Positions 37,189 to 51,328 are shown, numbered from the whole stretch's first letter. The stretch is DNA of 63,976 bases, filler included, from Reticulomyxa filosa (GCA_000512085.1; 28 parts of 28 records of this genome joined end to end with filler, not necessarily neighbours in it); one strand, 5' to 3'. The notes: a model not told the origin generated them from the letters alone. Numbers and translations are program-made.

Positions 37189-38700
37189 TTATTCTTCGAG
37201 GAGAAAGTAAAAACATGGAATGACTCCACAATTGACAGTACTTCCATTGTCTGAATTGTCATGAGAATCAAAGAACTGAAACTCAATTTTAGATGGTTGA
37301 TGAACAAAAATATGTTGTTGGTTATTAATAATACCATAAGTAACATCGGCACTTTTTTGTCGGATTTGAATGGTATATCGAACAGATGCACGAATGGAAA
37401 TTTTGTGTTCGCCTTGCCGAAATAAATACTTGACTGGAGTAATATTAGGTGTGGCTTCGTAAGGCCATGTTGTGACCTCATTTGGATTCGTTTTGAAAAT
37501 TGTTTCATTGGTTTGTTGATTAAAAATATGAACAGATGTTAATTCATTACTGCCTTTGCTTAAGAATAATCCAATTCCACATAAATAAATAGAATGATCA
37601 CATTCAAAAGATATAGCATCAATAAGACCACCAGCAGACCAATTAAGATGTAAGGAATCAGTAAGAGATTGATTTGGGAATCGATAAAGTATAAGATGTC
37701 CTCGAGGATTTTTATGAAATGGATGAATATTTATATCAGAATTAAATTGATATTTCAATAAAAGGAGTTGTTCTTTTTCAGTTAAAATATTTTCTGGAAA
37801 TACTTTTTTTACCAAGCAGTCTCCACTCATCCATGCAAATCTTAAATATTTTTTTATATAATTTAAGTAGCATAATTTAGATGTATCACCATTACAATTG
37901 TGTTCTGATGGCGTTTCTTTTTCTTCTGAAACATTCATTTCAACTTTGTTGGTTTTGTCATTTTGTTGTATCTTACTAATCAAAGATTGATATTCTGCCC
38001 ATTCATTCACATGTTTCCAAATGATATCTTCATTGATCTATCATTTATGTATATTTCATTCAAAACTACAAATCAATGAATGTAAATCATGCACACAACT
38101 GACATTTAACTCGGGATAGTCCAAAAAATGCTGCATTGATTTGACACTTAATTTGTAAAACTGTGGACAATTGAATAAATTTGTAGGGGAAAGATTTTTG
38201 CAAATAACTTGCAAACATAAAGGGATCATTATTTCCAACTTGTTCAACACGCATTCATCGAGCAATGTCAGTGAGGTGTTTATATCCGCCGACAAAACAA
38301 ATTTGTCACAACATTGACCTAGATACGAAATTTGATACTTATCACATATCATTCGCACTTTTACCACATTCTCAAAGGAAATTCTGGGATCGTTGCAATA
38401 TGCATAACTTACTACACATTTGAACGCTTTTGTATCTACATCAGGGAGTGGAATCACTGCATTTTTTTCCGATTCTTGCATTGATCCATACAATAAAGCG
38501 AAAAATACTGGACTTATTACAGCTATTAATGCTCTATTCACATTCACTTTTGTTTCCTCACTACCAGTAATAAAAACCACGTCACTGAATTTAGGTTCAG
38601 TTATTAATCTCTGTACATTTTTTCGTTGTTCAGATTGTATATCCATTGTATAGTCCATTGGCATCACCAGATAAGAATCGGCCAAAGAGGTTTGTTTCAT
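37189..38700 (-). CDS. BTB/POZ-BACK-PHR domain protein (BTBD1/2/3/6-like)
   Basis: BTB motifs FSDVVF, NRALIAVISPVFFALLYGSMQE and PDVDTKAF; PHR motif DAISFECDHSIYLCGIGLF...GVIPCFYF. Intron 38038-38103 joins PELN|INEDIIWKHVNEW in frame. Confidence 0.9.
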
Positions 38701-38951
38701 TTTTCTGCTATAATGGTTTTGTACTTTTCCCTTTTTATTTTACCAACTTGAAAACAAAACATCACTTCTCATCAAGTATAGTATCTTTATAAAACTATTC
38801 TATTTGGCATAGCAATGCCTTTACTTACACTGCCCGAACATGGACTCAGGACTGTATTTTGTATTCATTCAAATGACGAGGAAAAAAAGAATATACTTTT
38901 TACTTCAGCAAAAACAAAACCTTGTGAGCTTTGCGCTTTTATGAAGACACC

Positions 38952-39600
38952 ATGTATTCAAATCCAAGAAAGAGACCATTCTCTCCCGAAGAGGAGAATA
39001 TTCGCGAGCTAGAGCCACATTCGAAACGCATGCGGCTTCATAATGACACTGGACGAAGAGCAATGGCGACAAGAGGTAGCAAGCCGTCTAGTGAAAGCCC
39101 AGATACGTACATGACAACAACAGTGGCAAGAGAAGGCGATCGGACTGTGTTGACATCCGTGTGCCAGCAAAGTATGTTTCCAAAGACAACGTGGTATCAA
39201 TCGACACAAAGCGACGCCTCAGAGGGCTGGCAATCGAGCGAGGCAATGGGCGGGCATGCACAGCACGAGTACTATGCAGCGAGACACGAGGATCATCGCT
39301 TAAAACGAAGAGAGCACATTGAAGTACTTGTGTATGTTTCTCTTTGCCTGTCTAAGCCAAACACCACAAGCAAACAAATAAATGAAGGAGAATCAGTTGC
39401 AAAATGACACACGTGTAGGAGGTGGGTTGGACAATCGTTTTTTTGATCGAAGACATTATGTGCTTCAAGAGAAGCCAATCAGCACAATGAAAACAAGTGT
39501 GAACAAAGACAGTGGTATTCCACTGCACAATAGCAATCGTGAACACAACATCAATATCAATATCAATATCAATGGTAATAGCAATAGCAATAACAATAGC

Positions 39601-39646
<46 letters not shown>

Positions 39647-40596
39647 GGATGGATAGCCTTTCGACAACTCACACGACAGCCATTATTGTTATGTCACAAA
39701 ATGATTGTTGTGAAAGCGAAACGGTAACATACATAAAAAGAATTGTATTGTGTGAATTGTAGGGTAACAATAGTCATGACCGCGTCGGGATTGACCTCAA
39801 CACGCAACTCGCAGATGCTCAGGCAACGATCGATCTGCTTCTGCTGTTGCAGACTCGTGCGAACGAAGCTCGGAAAGAGTTCCCCAAATTCGACCATGTG
39901 ACCAAACATCCGCTGTACAAAACCTCGCTTTGTGTCGACTTTCGCAAAATGGGCACGTGCAAGTTTAGTGACGAATGCAAGTATGCTCACTCGGAAGACG
40001 AGCTCCGCAAGATCGATGATCATACCAAGCTGGCGTATACCTTCAAAAGAGGCTTTGCTTTGGGACAACGAGAAGATGGATCTTTTGACGGATCTTCACA
40101 ATTGTTGGACAATTATACATCCTCCGATTCTTCTCACTCTTTGGACACTCGCTATCGTCATGTTCATACCCATTCGCATCCTCTTCTTCCTGCTCCTTCT
40201 TCTTCTTCTTTATCTCTTCATCATCAGCAGCATCGTGATTATAATCATAGTAATCGTCATCCTATTGCAAGAAACTCTGATCATATCAGAGATACATCTC
40301 ATAACCCTTCTCATCCTCACCACTTGCTCACCAAAATCAGAGGCAGACAGGAAGAACGGACACAAGTCCGAGAAATGCAACGAGAACAACGACATGAAAT
40401 CGATATCGAAAAGTATCATTACAACACTGCTGCACAGGCTTATCGCCAGTCCAGTTCCATCGATTATCCCATCATGTATCATCTACCCGCTACTTCTCTC
40501 CCTATCTGGCTTAATCGCGTCGATGGACTTCCCTTGCAACCTCCTCTCCTTCCGCACTCCAGAGATAAGGCCACTTTTCAAGCCTGGAAGTCCTGA
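38952..40596 (+). CDS. CCCH zinc-finger protein (single TIS11-type finger)
   Basis: YKTSLC-x8-C-x5-C-x3-H-SEDELR. Introns at about 39324-39396 and 39724-39762 join three ORFs in frame. Confidence 0.85.
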
Positions 40597-41186
40597 GCTG
40601 AATCTTTTTTATTCTTTGGCCAACTATTGATTCACTCTCTTTCACGTCGCTTTAATATTTTTCTTTTAAGTTTTAAACTATGACAGGAATACAAAAATAT
40701 TCGTGAAATAAAATAAAACAATGTGGACAAGTAATTTTTTTCATCCTTTTTTTTTTCATCCGTTCATGCTTCATCCGAAACAGGACAAATGTTGATTAGT
40801 CATAGTGCTTTGTTTTTTAAGTTCTTTCGTCTTACCCCCTCCCAAAAAAGTATTAAGTATAAATGTCATAACTGAGCAATTTTGTTGTAGTGTGTCATTA
40901 AATGAAATTAAAAAATCTTTTTACTCGATTACGGTGTATAGTGGTGAATTTTGTAGCTAACAGAATCTTTCCAAAAAAAACTCAAAAATATTGGATCGAG
41001 TGATATTTTATTGCCCGATGTATATTAAAAAAAAGGGGTGAAGAACAAAGCAAATTTGTATTAAAAAATTTATCAAAGCACAATCAATCGAAAAAAAATT
41101 GGCACACGAGTTCTTGCTGCATTCACCTCGCGCATTTTTCTAATAGAAGAAAACGAAAGACCTTTTCGTAACAGCAGAGAAAAATG

Positions 41187-42860
41187 TTAGTTATTGTGAA
41201 CTCGTTTGTTGCTCAGTTTGTAAAGGTCTGTCATAATGCGGTAGCTGAAATGTTCAACAGCATACTGCGGTGACAACGATGATGGCTTTGACACAACAGA
41301 GCGAAATTTTTTGTTTGGCGGAGCAAACATGGTTTCATGCTTGTTGGACTTGCTTCTGTGATCATCAAAATAATTTTGATGTTGGTTGTTATTATTACCA
41401 TCATCATTATTAAATTTGCATCCAACAAAATTTGTTTCTTCATCCATGTCCATGAGTGAACGCTTTCGTATCAAAATTGGATTTTTTTTTGAAGAATCCA
41501 AATGAGTGTGAACCTCATCGTCATTACTGTTGTCAACAAAACAACCGTCAGTGATATGTGTTTGTTTGTTTGTCTGCGCTTTTTGATAAGGTCTATTTTT
41601 CCATACATTTATGCAATTCTCATTTACGTTCCTAATCGTCTTGCATTTGTTCCTCTCTCCATTATCCTCGTTTTCGTCTTCTTCTTCTTCTTCCTCCAGT
41701 GTATGTATAAAATAATTATCCACATCTTGAATGCAATTATACCAATCAGAAAAATTTGCATCTAAAATGACCTCTTCTTCTTCTTCTTCTTCTTCCACTT
41801 CTTTTTCTGCTGCTCCTTGCACTTTTTTATCATGAACATGACTTGATAAAAGTGCAAGATCAAAGCCAAAGAGTGGTTCATGAACGACAGTTTGTGAATT
41901 CCTCTGTTTCTTCGTGCGTTGAACAACCCCGACATTTGCCGTTGTATCCATTTGTGTTGTTATTACAGTTTCAAGCAGATTTGATCGCTTCACTTTCGTC
42001 TCAATTCCGTCGAGTTTATTTTTTACTTCAGTCACGCTAACGCGTTTTGCATTTGCCTTTTCTTTGTCAATCAATCCCTCCGCCGTGCTTTTCATCTTCA
42101 ACCGCGGGTTTCTTACTGCTTCTTTTTTTTCAGTTACTACTGCCGGAGTTGTTAGTGGTGATGCTGGTGGTGGTGTCAGTTCATACAAGCGATTCAATGT
42201 TTGAGTGAGGGTTTCGAATAAATGTGCTTGAGAAGTCATTGTCCCCTATACAAATTCCAACAAAGCAAAAAAAAAAAAAATATATATATATATATACATA
42301 TGACCTCATTAAATTTTGGTAAACGTTGCGAGAACAAAACTTTGGACACGTGATCGATAAGCATTTGCAAGCGAATCGCGCGAATGCTATCTTGGTATCT
42401 CATCCCATTCATTCGTCGTATTTCTTGGATTTTCTTCATTGCACTAGTTTCGCCGCTCCCAAAACCAAAGCTTGTCTTGTCACTCCACAATCCATGCTTG
42501 GACTGTGATGGTGCAAAGACAATTTCCTCTATCATGTCCGGAACTTTGAACTCTTCAAATATTTTTTTTTCTGCTATGCTGTACGTATAGTTCGGAAACT
42601 GTGTTTTATTTTTGCAATTGCCAGATAAAAAGAATACAAATAAGATTCAGAGGACAAAAAAAAAGGATAAGAGTTTTTCTAAAAATAATATGCGCATTCG
42701 CTTGGAGAAGCACGTAGAAAAACAAAAAAAACCTTTTTCAAAATCCTAAGAAGCAAGGCCAAATAACTTTCAATGAATTCTTGACGATACTTTTCTGACG
42801 GATTTTCGGAAGATAATATGATATTATTACTCAACATATTCAAGATAATCGACTATTTTT
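41187..42860 (-). CDS. Hypothetical multi-exon protein
   Basis: A 350-aa terminal ORF, with upstream exon 42305-42600 joined by a TA/T-rich intron. The 5' end is uncertain and no family was recognised. Confidence 0.6.
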
Positions 42861-43799
42861 TTTCTTAAACACTGTCCTCAGTTTACTGTCGTGATTCACT
42901 TTTGACGGTACCCTTTTCCCCGAGTTAACTTAAGTTCTGCTTTGGTACTTGTAAATTTGATAAACTATAAATGTTATATTTTTAATCAAACAATAAACAC
43001 AATCAAACAAAAGAGTAAAACAACAATGACGAAACGTTAAAAATTGCAAGTTAAAAACTACAAAAACGGTTTATTTATCATAAAAGTTAAACTTTACTCG
43101 TGATAAGTATATAATAAACAGAACTGTAAGTACACTCTTAAATGCAACAATTATTATATATCATTCTTTCCCTTTTTAAATTTCGGTTTTGGTTGTCTAT
43201 AGTATTTTGTCAGTCCATTATTTTATGCTAGCTTTTTTTGTTTACGAAACATTATTGAAGAATATCGAGTTTACAAGAGGAACATTTCTTCTTGTTTTAT
43301 TTTGATAAATACAAAATGTTTCAAATAAAATAAAAAATACTCTTTTTCAAAATTTTAAAGACGTACATGAGCGCAAAATTTCCGTATGCATATGTTTTCC
43401 TTACTAACAACAATATGATAATAAAAGCATATTTGTACATAATCCTAAAGATTTAATAATTGCTCCTTTGATTTACTTTGGGAAATGTGAACAGTGACAA
43501 AAAAATTTCAAGTGAGCTTTCTATGAGCAAAGGAGATTTTGCAAAATTTGGTTATGATTGATTAAAAAGTTAATCCTAGTTTGCCTCGATCACAAAACAA
43601 CATCCCACTTTTCATACATTTCTGAAATGAAAAAACACGCCAAACAAAAAAAAAAAAAAAAAAAAAAAAAAANNNNNNNNNNNNNNNNNNNNNNNNNNNN
43701 NNNNNNNNNNNNNNNNTTAATTAATTAANNNNNNNNNNNNNNNNNNNNNNNNNNNNNNNNNNNNNNNNNNNNATATTTAGAAATCACAATGGAAATATT

Positions 43800-44560
43800 A
43801 ACTATTTTCAAAAGGCGATATCATAATCCAAACATATCTTTCACTTCTTGTTTTGTTATTTTATTAAATAATTCTCATGTGATAATTTTTAGATATTAGT
43901 ATGTTTGATTTAAATACATTTGAATTTATTAATCAATACTCCATCAATTTCAGATCCATATATATAAGAAATATTTCCACATTGGGTGTTAAACAAGCTG
44001 CCCTAGCAAATGTAGATTATCATAAAATTGATAATATTCGCAATTTCGATGCTTTTTAAAATAATTTGTTGTAATTTAATTTTTAATATAAAAATTTAAA
44101 TATATATTTGTTATCAATCGTACAAATTATGATATGAAATTGATTCATATACAATGCCAAGACAAATATAGAAGCATTCGATTGAGTACTTTTAGTATCC
44201 ACTCCAAGTAATCCCAATTATAATAATCATCAAATGGAATAATTTATATTGTTACTGAGTTTGATCACTTTTAAAAATGACGGTATATCCAATTGCGGTA
44301 ATTTATCGCTTAATATATTTTTAACTTATTGTAATCTAATGCCATGATCTTAGTCTTGAAAGTTGGCTATTATTTTAAATATGTTTTTTTTTCCATCTCT
44401 AAAAGATACACCAATTTCAGGAGGAATAAAGCATCCAAAAAAGTTGTTTGTCAAAACATTGGTGAGATTTGCCACTCCCAAGCAAGTATTGATCATCTGA
44501 TAATTTCAGTGATAGTGGATTGTCCATTTTCAGAATCACAAATCACTACTTCAAACGAAA
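43800..44560 (-). pseudogene. Decayed leucine-rich-repeat gene
   Basis: VICDSENGQSTITEI (cap-like), VLTNNFFGCFIPPEIG and NILSDKLPQL resemble plant-type LxLxxNxfxGxIP repeats. There are many stops and frameshifts. Confidence 0.45.
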
Positions 44561-44957
44561 TACAAAAGAAGAAAAACAAACAAAGGATTAATGATTCATT
44601 TGTTAACTATTCATGTTTTACTTTTTTTTTTGATGAAAAAAGAAACGCTATTTAATGGAAAAAAATATCTAATTTCTATGTTAATTAAATAATTTTTCTA
44701 ACAAAACTACAAAATGTTGTGATCTTTTTAAATGATGAACTAGTAAAGTCTCAATAATCGATTTTGCATTTTTAATAATATAAAACTAACTAAAAAATCT
44801 GATTTTTTAATTTCGTTGCTTTGTTTATGGACATTAAAAAATAACAACATGAAAAATTTAACAAAAAAAAGTTTCTAAGGTTCTCTTGCCTTACAAATTG
44901 ACTGCATAAAATTTTCTTTTTTCCAAATAATCTTTATTTAAACAAATTAACACACAT

Positions 44958-45116
44958 TTACAAATTTTTCAACTTTAGCATTACTTCTTGTGTTTTTTGA
45001 TGATTTTCACCAAATTTTTGAGTATAAATCGATATTGCATTTTCATAACACTTGTTTGCGTCCATTTTTCCACCTTTTTTACAATTGATATATCCTAAAA
45101 TATCATATGAATTACC
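44958..45116 (-). CDS. C-terminal end of a TPR protein (5'-partial)
   Basis: GNSYDILGYINCKKGGKMDANKCYENAISIYTQKFGENHQKTQEVMLKLKNL*. Confidence 0.8.
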   Translation of the reverse strand, partial: GNSYDILGYINCKKGGKMDANKCYENAISIYTQKFGENHQKTQEVMLKLKNL

Positions 45117-45419
45117 NNNNNNNNNNNNNNNNNNNNNNNNNNNNNNNNNNNNNNNNNNNNTTAATTAATTAANNNNNNNNNNNNNNNNNNNNNNNNNNNN
45201 NNNNNNNNNNNNNNNNCATAATTATTATTTTCTTTTTTTTTCCTAATTATTCTCTTTCTTTTTTTTTCTATTTTATAAAAATATTTATTTTCTTTAACCT
45301 CCCCTTTATTCTATTTTTATCTTTTTTTCTCCCCCTTTATGGTCCTTTCCTCCCCTCCCATTTATTATTTTTTTTTTTTCCAATTTATTTTTCTTTTTTT
45401 CCATTCCACTTTCTATAAT

Positions 45420-46560
45420 TCTTCAAAAAAATCCTTGAATTTTATCTCGTGGTTCTTCGACATCTATCAAACACACAAACAAAAATATTTTTTTATATTT
45501 TAAAGAATAACTTAAGAAAATACACATACCTTTTGTACTTGGAGTTCAAATTCCAATTCCATCTTTCCTTCCTGTGGGCAAACACTAAAAAAAAAAATTT
45601 ATTTTGTTCATTGATGGGGGGGGGGAAACAAACAAACAAACAAACAAAAAATAATATATGTCTCTCTTGGTAGGGGGAATTCCTATGTTCACAAAACACA
45701 AACACAATCACATTATTTAATAAAAGAAATATATATATATATTAAATATAACAAACCTTTCATTTTTTTTCGAATACGGGGTTGGCTTTCGACCCCATAA
45801 ATATATTTGTGTGTGTGGATAGGATGGGGAAATAAATTAACGGTCTTTGCTTTGGGGGGGACTCCTGTGTCATACAACACATACAATATGTTGATATAAT
45901 TTTTTTTTGAAAGAAGATAACACAAACCGTTTTCACTCCTTTCGGAGACGGGGTTGGATTCTACCCCTTATTTTTTTTCATCACCACTGTAGTCTGTTTT
46001 AAAAACACACAAACAATTGCTTATGTATGGAAAAGACAAAATAAATAAAACAACTTTTACCTTAGCTTTGGTATTTTGGTACCAATCATACCTTTGCGTT
46101 GTCGTTTGTCGCTGTCGTCGTTGTCATTGGCCTATTTTTTGTTACAAAAAGTATACATCACATAAAGTATACATAAACACTATAATGCCCAACTGTTTTT
46201 GTGGATCAAAAAAAATTTTAACAAAAAAGATTATGTACATTTATTTATTTATTTATACGTTTATAATAATTGATAACATGTTCGATAAAATACAAAAAAA
46301 GAATCATTTGTACCTTAGTTATATTTGTCGGCCGAAATTTCCTTTGGCTCGATCGTTTGCGTAGTACGCAAGGCGCAATCACTGTTGTGATTTATTCGCC
46401 CTGTGTCCTTCGCCATTGTGGGCCATTGCAGGAGACAACACGACAATACCCCACACTGAATGATCCCATACGCCAACGTCACTTTTCCAAACCGTATTGC
46501 TAGTTGCTCCTTAGATGAACACTATGTCGTGTTGGTACGTCCAGCATCATTGTTGTCTAT
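45420..46560 (-). pseudogene. SGT1-like (TPR-CS-SGS) co-chaperone, disrupted, intron-containing
   Basis: Remnants in the expected order: TPR-like HLRSN*QYGLEK*..GSFSVG; CS-like RYDWYQN, VVMKKK-GVESNPVS and NLFPHPI...YGVES; SGS-like SPY..KD..IELQVQK. They are separated by GT-AG introns. Confidence 0.5.
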
Positions 46561-47487
46561 TGTATTTATTTTTTTCAATATGTGTGATATTAAAATACAT
46601 TATTTTATTATTGTAATCAAAGTCTTTCTTACATACTTATCTATTCCTTTTTTTTATTTGTTTGTTTTTTTAATTAAAAGAAATGAATATCGAAAATAAC
46701 TGAAATGAGCACACACATAATATCGAATGATGAAATAATATGTCATGTTTGACATGCCCGTCGTTTGATGCAAAATTTGGAGGGCTGGATTGATATTCAG
46801 TGTTGGGACGATTATTGTTATTGTGATGAAATCGATGATGTGATTTGAGCAATATGATAATAGTTTGCGTGATAGTGGTTGACGTGGCGATAACGTACTG
46901 GCTTTGAGTCTTGTAAAATACGAGTTTTGGAGTGTTGATGTCCAAATTTGGGCTAATGACTTGTGCGTCATTTGGAAGAGTAATTTGAAAAGCGTGCTCA
47001 TATCTGCAACGCTAGCCCATAAACTCCAAACTCAGCCAGAAAAGGGAAAAAGGTGTTACGACTTCCAACTACATAACTTTTGTATAACAGAAATTCGTAA
47101 TTTGCAATTGTAATCAACATATTTGATCAAAATAACTTGTTTTTAATAGATACATTTTGTCAAGACAACTTATTAATATTTTTTATGGCAACAGGAAAAA
47201 AAAAGTCCTAGATTAAAAAAAGGTTTTCTTTAATTAATATCTAAAGCTTTCAACATTTCAACAAACCTTTAAATGAAAATACTATCGCGTTCTTGCTCCT
47301 TGCCATCTGTGGAGTTCTACTTTTTAGGTTTTGGCTTACGACGTTGTTACAAAGGAAGCACCGTACAAGACCTCCTGAAGTTAAGTTNNNNNNNNNNNNN
47401 NNNNNNNNNNNNNNNNNNNNNNNNNNNNNNNTTAATTAATTAANNNNNNNNNNNNNNNNNNNNNNNNNNNNNNNNNNNNNNNNNNNN

Positions 47488-47781
47488 TCTGTGATATTGT
47501 CTCTTTTCCTAGCTTATTTCCAAATTCTTTGAATAGATCCATCAGATATTGTTGTTGCTGTAAATTTGTGCTGTATTAAAATATATAAAGCAATGATTTG
47601 TTAAAAAATATTGAAATGTTTTTGTTAGTAAAAAAGGGAAAGAAAATAATCGTTACGTGTTCTCTGTTAGCCATGTTAAGACATCCTTTGTCTTTTCAGC
47701 ATCTTGATCAAACCATTCCAATACATCTGAAATGCTTTCTTCATTACTCTTGGGGAACGTCTGTTGAAGTTGTGTAAGCAT
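47488..47781 (-). CDS. N-terminal fragment with CUE/UBA-like helical domain (3'-partial)
   Basis: MLTQLQQTFPKSNEESISDVLEWFDQDAEKTKDVL fits the CUE pattern L..(M)FP......I..VL.....D. An intron is followed by TNLQQQQYLMDLFKEFG. Confidence 0.55.
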
Positions 47782-48256
47782 GATGATGAAGTTAACTGCA
47801 AAAGAAAACCCTTTCTTTGAACGCTTAAAAATGTAATTACGTAATTGATGAGTAAGAAGGTGAAAAAAATGGACACAATATTGTGTGGACATTGTTGAAT
47901 AGTGTTGAATAGGACAATAGCTATTCCAACTATGTTTAGTTGATATTGTCAAGAAAAACATTTTAGTTAATTATTCACACAACTGCTAGAAAAATAGTGA
48001 TATTATCCAATATTATTTTAGAATATCTAAATTCATATTCTCTTGTATAGTTATAGAGATTTTGTTAATTGTTTGCAATGACAAAAAGAAGAATTCTTTC
48101 CTATAGAAAAAAAAACTTCGTGCGTATGTATAAATAATGAATGCTTTATAAGTTCAATAAGATTCAAAGTTTTGCTGTAAATATTTCCCATAAAAAAAAT
48201 TTATGCAATTGTTGTGTTGATATTTCACAATTTTAAAGTAATAATAACAGTGATAA

Positions 48257-48614
48257 TCTGGATCTGTAGATAACAGTGTTCGTTTGTGGGATATTCAATC
48301 TGGTCAACAAATTCAAGTGTTCAATGGACATACTCATTGGGTTTGTGTTGTTGAAATATTCACCATTTGTAATAAATAACAGTATTGGTAATTCAAATGT
48401 AATATGTTCTGGATCATGTGATAATACAATTAGTTTTTGGGATATTCGATCAAATAAGAATGAATTGTATATGATCAAAGAAGACTATGAAGATGATGGA
48501 ATATTGTGTCTTAAATTTATTGGATTGAAAAAGAAAGAGAAGACAAAGAATGTCATATATGATTTGAATTTGTTTTATGGTTCATTGAAAGGTCTAATTC
48601 GTATTTGGGGATAA
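48257..48614 (+). pseudogene. WD40-repeat gene fragment, 5'-truncated and frameshifted
   Basis: SGSVDNSVRLWDIQSGQQIQVFNGH, a +1 shift near 48356, then YSPF...ICSGSCDNTISFWDIR...LIRIWG*. Confidence 0.85.
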
Positions 48615-49462
48615 TTTTCTTTTTGTCAAATAAGAAATGAAAGTGTTTTGTTTGAAAAGTTTGATTAAAAGAAAAGTAAGCGATATTAAACTTGTTTGAT
48701 TTGATTGAATGTAAATATTTAAAAAAAATTTTCTGTCTATTTGCTATTATTTTTGTACATTACCGAACACTCAAAACAGGATAAAGTAAAAAGGACAACA
48801 GTATGCATTATCAAAAACAACATTTTCTCCTGAAAATATGAATGATCAACAGCTCAAAAAATGTAATCAGATAAAGAGATCCTTTAACATCTCAGAAACA
48901 GTTCATCTTAAAATAACTCTCTCTTCGCTGTAATTGTAAAAAGCAATATTATCCTCCCTGATATCATATTTTATGCCATTACATAACTTGAGCATGTAAA
49001 AAAATAAAAACATTATTTTGAACAGAAACAAGTTAAATCTGGTGAGCAATTGATTGCTCTGGATATAATTACATTCATTTAATTCAATGATCGAATAATG
49101 CACAAAAAGAGAATATTTTAAAAAATACCTTCATTAAATAATTGCTATTTAAAGATGATTAAAAATTAAATTATTCACAGAAATAACAAAAATATATTCC
49201 AATAGATGAAATAGCATACACAACAGTTATAAAGAACTCTTAAGTGCAAACAAAGTACATCGAATTAAAGATAATATTTACTTAAAAAATTAAAAAAATG
49301 ATATATCAATAACTACTTTCCATTTGCGAGAAAACTCAATTATATATCAGTTTTGAAAANNNNNNNNNNNNNNNNNNNNNNNNNNNNNNNNNNNNNNNNN
49401 NNNTTAATTAATTAANNNNNNNNNNNNNNNNNNNNNNNNNNNNNNNNNNNNNNNNNNNNTTT

Positions 49463-49502
<40 letters not shown>

Positions 49503-49525
49503 AACAATTGTCGGTTGAGACAGAC

Positions 49526-51328
49526 AGTTTGCTCTATTTCGAACGAATGCAAATTGCAGAAGCTTTCAACGAAGTGCAATTTCCACCAAACCATGAAATT
49601 GTTAAGCAAGGCGAAATAGGCGATGCATTTTATATTATCAAGAAGGGACATGCCATCGTTTATAAAAAGTGGTAAGTAGTTCGATTGAGTTGCTCTTCTA
49701 TCTTTATACTTTTGTGCATTGTTGTTGATTGGTGCTCAGAGTGAAAATATCGAAGAAGTCGAAGTGACGACATTAGGACCAGGAAATTTCTTCGGAGAAA
49801 GGGCTTTGATAAAAAATGATACAAGAGCAGCAACAGTTCATGTCACGCCTGATAATCCTATGACGTGCTTAGTATTGGATCGGGAAGGATTTACTTTATT
49901 ACTTGGACCCTTGGGTTTACAAAATAAAAATTTTATATTTATACGTATTGCCAACAATAACTAAGTACGTATACATTCATATATTCCCAATGGGGGGATT
50001 CACAACAGGACAAATAATGACTCGAAAAATCGATACTGAATACGATGGCAGTGATTTGGACAAGGCTCAACGAGCATCGTTTTTGCATTGGTGTGCAGCA
50101 AAACAAGAAAGTGTTAATCTTGATAGCAGCATCGAACTGAAATATTTACAGAAGCGGAAGATTCTAGGAACAGGATCGTTTGGGCAAGTGCACTTGGTCA
50201 AACATACCACAAGCAATGAATATTATGCCCTAAAAATGGTCTACAAAGCGACCGTGGTTCAATTGGCACAACAAGATCACATTCTCAATGAAAAGACTGT
50301 ATTGACCTGTTTGAATAGCCCGTTTATCATTCGATTAATCAGCACATTTCAGGACACAGACAGTGTTTACTTTTTGTTGGAGCCTGTCATTGGTGGAGAA
50401 TTATTTGTTATTTTGAGACGATGCAAAAGATTCAATGAAAAAAGCGCACAATTTTATTCTGCCTGCGTTGGTAAAAAGATTAACAAGATGTTCTTTTGTT
50501 TTGTTTGAGCTGCCTTTGAAAGAAATAATAAAAAAAATGTGTATATAAATAGTTGAAGCATTTGAACACATGCACAGCAAAAGCATTGTATACAGAGATT
50601 TAAAACCAGAAAATCTGTTAATAGATCAAAAAGGATATTTGAAGATTACTGATTTGGGATTTGCAAAATTTGTTTACGATAAGTTCAGAAGAAAGGGAAC
50701 AACGCCTTGTTTAACTTTTTTTTTAACAATGCCTTCATACCAAGATCCTCTAATTAAAACTGTTAATGATTTTTAATCAAATTGTATACACAGGACATAC
50801 ACTTTGTGTGGGACTCCTGACTACTTAGCACCTGAATTGATATCTGGGAAAGGTCATGACCGTGCTGTAGACTGGTGGACTTTGGGAATTTTGATCTATG
50901 AAATGATTGCTTCATTTCCACCATTTTATGCTAAAACTAGAATACAAACATATGACCATATTATAAAAGATCGTTGTGTATTTCCAGCACACTTTACTAC
51001 ATCAGTATGTAGTTTAATTAGAAAATTATTGCATAAAAACCCACCAAAAGGCTGGGTGCTATCAAAGGAGCAGCAGACAATGTTCGACAACATCGATGGT
51101 TTAAAAATTTTAATTGGCAAGAACTTCGTGAATTAAAAAAAATTGCACCATTTATACCACAGCTTAATGGTCCAGAAGATACATCTAATTTCCTACAAAT
51201 GGATGAACTGGTACGTCCTTTTCTTTTTCGTGCGTTTGCAAAAGTTCAATTTTTTTTATTTATTAAAGGATATTCCTGAAGTCCCAGTTTACATCGATAA
51301 CGGATCTGAATGGAGCAAAAACTTTTAA
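49526..51328 (+). CDS. Cyclic-nucleotide-binding domain + AGC kinase (PKG-like architecture), 5'-partial
   Basis: cNMP motifs [14 protein letters not shown] and [16 protein letters not shown]; kinase motifs [32 protein letters not shown] and VDWWTLG; AGC tail DTSNF...WSKNF. At least five GT-AG introns. One-base shift in an A run near 51036. Confidence 0.92.

Noticed and set aside
45776-45968. Two similar GGGGTTGG...ACCCC hairpins as a structured RNA
   Set aside because: They are short, lie within a degraded or low-quality coding remnant, and show no tRNA or other ncRNA hallmarks.
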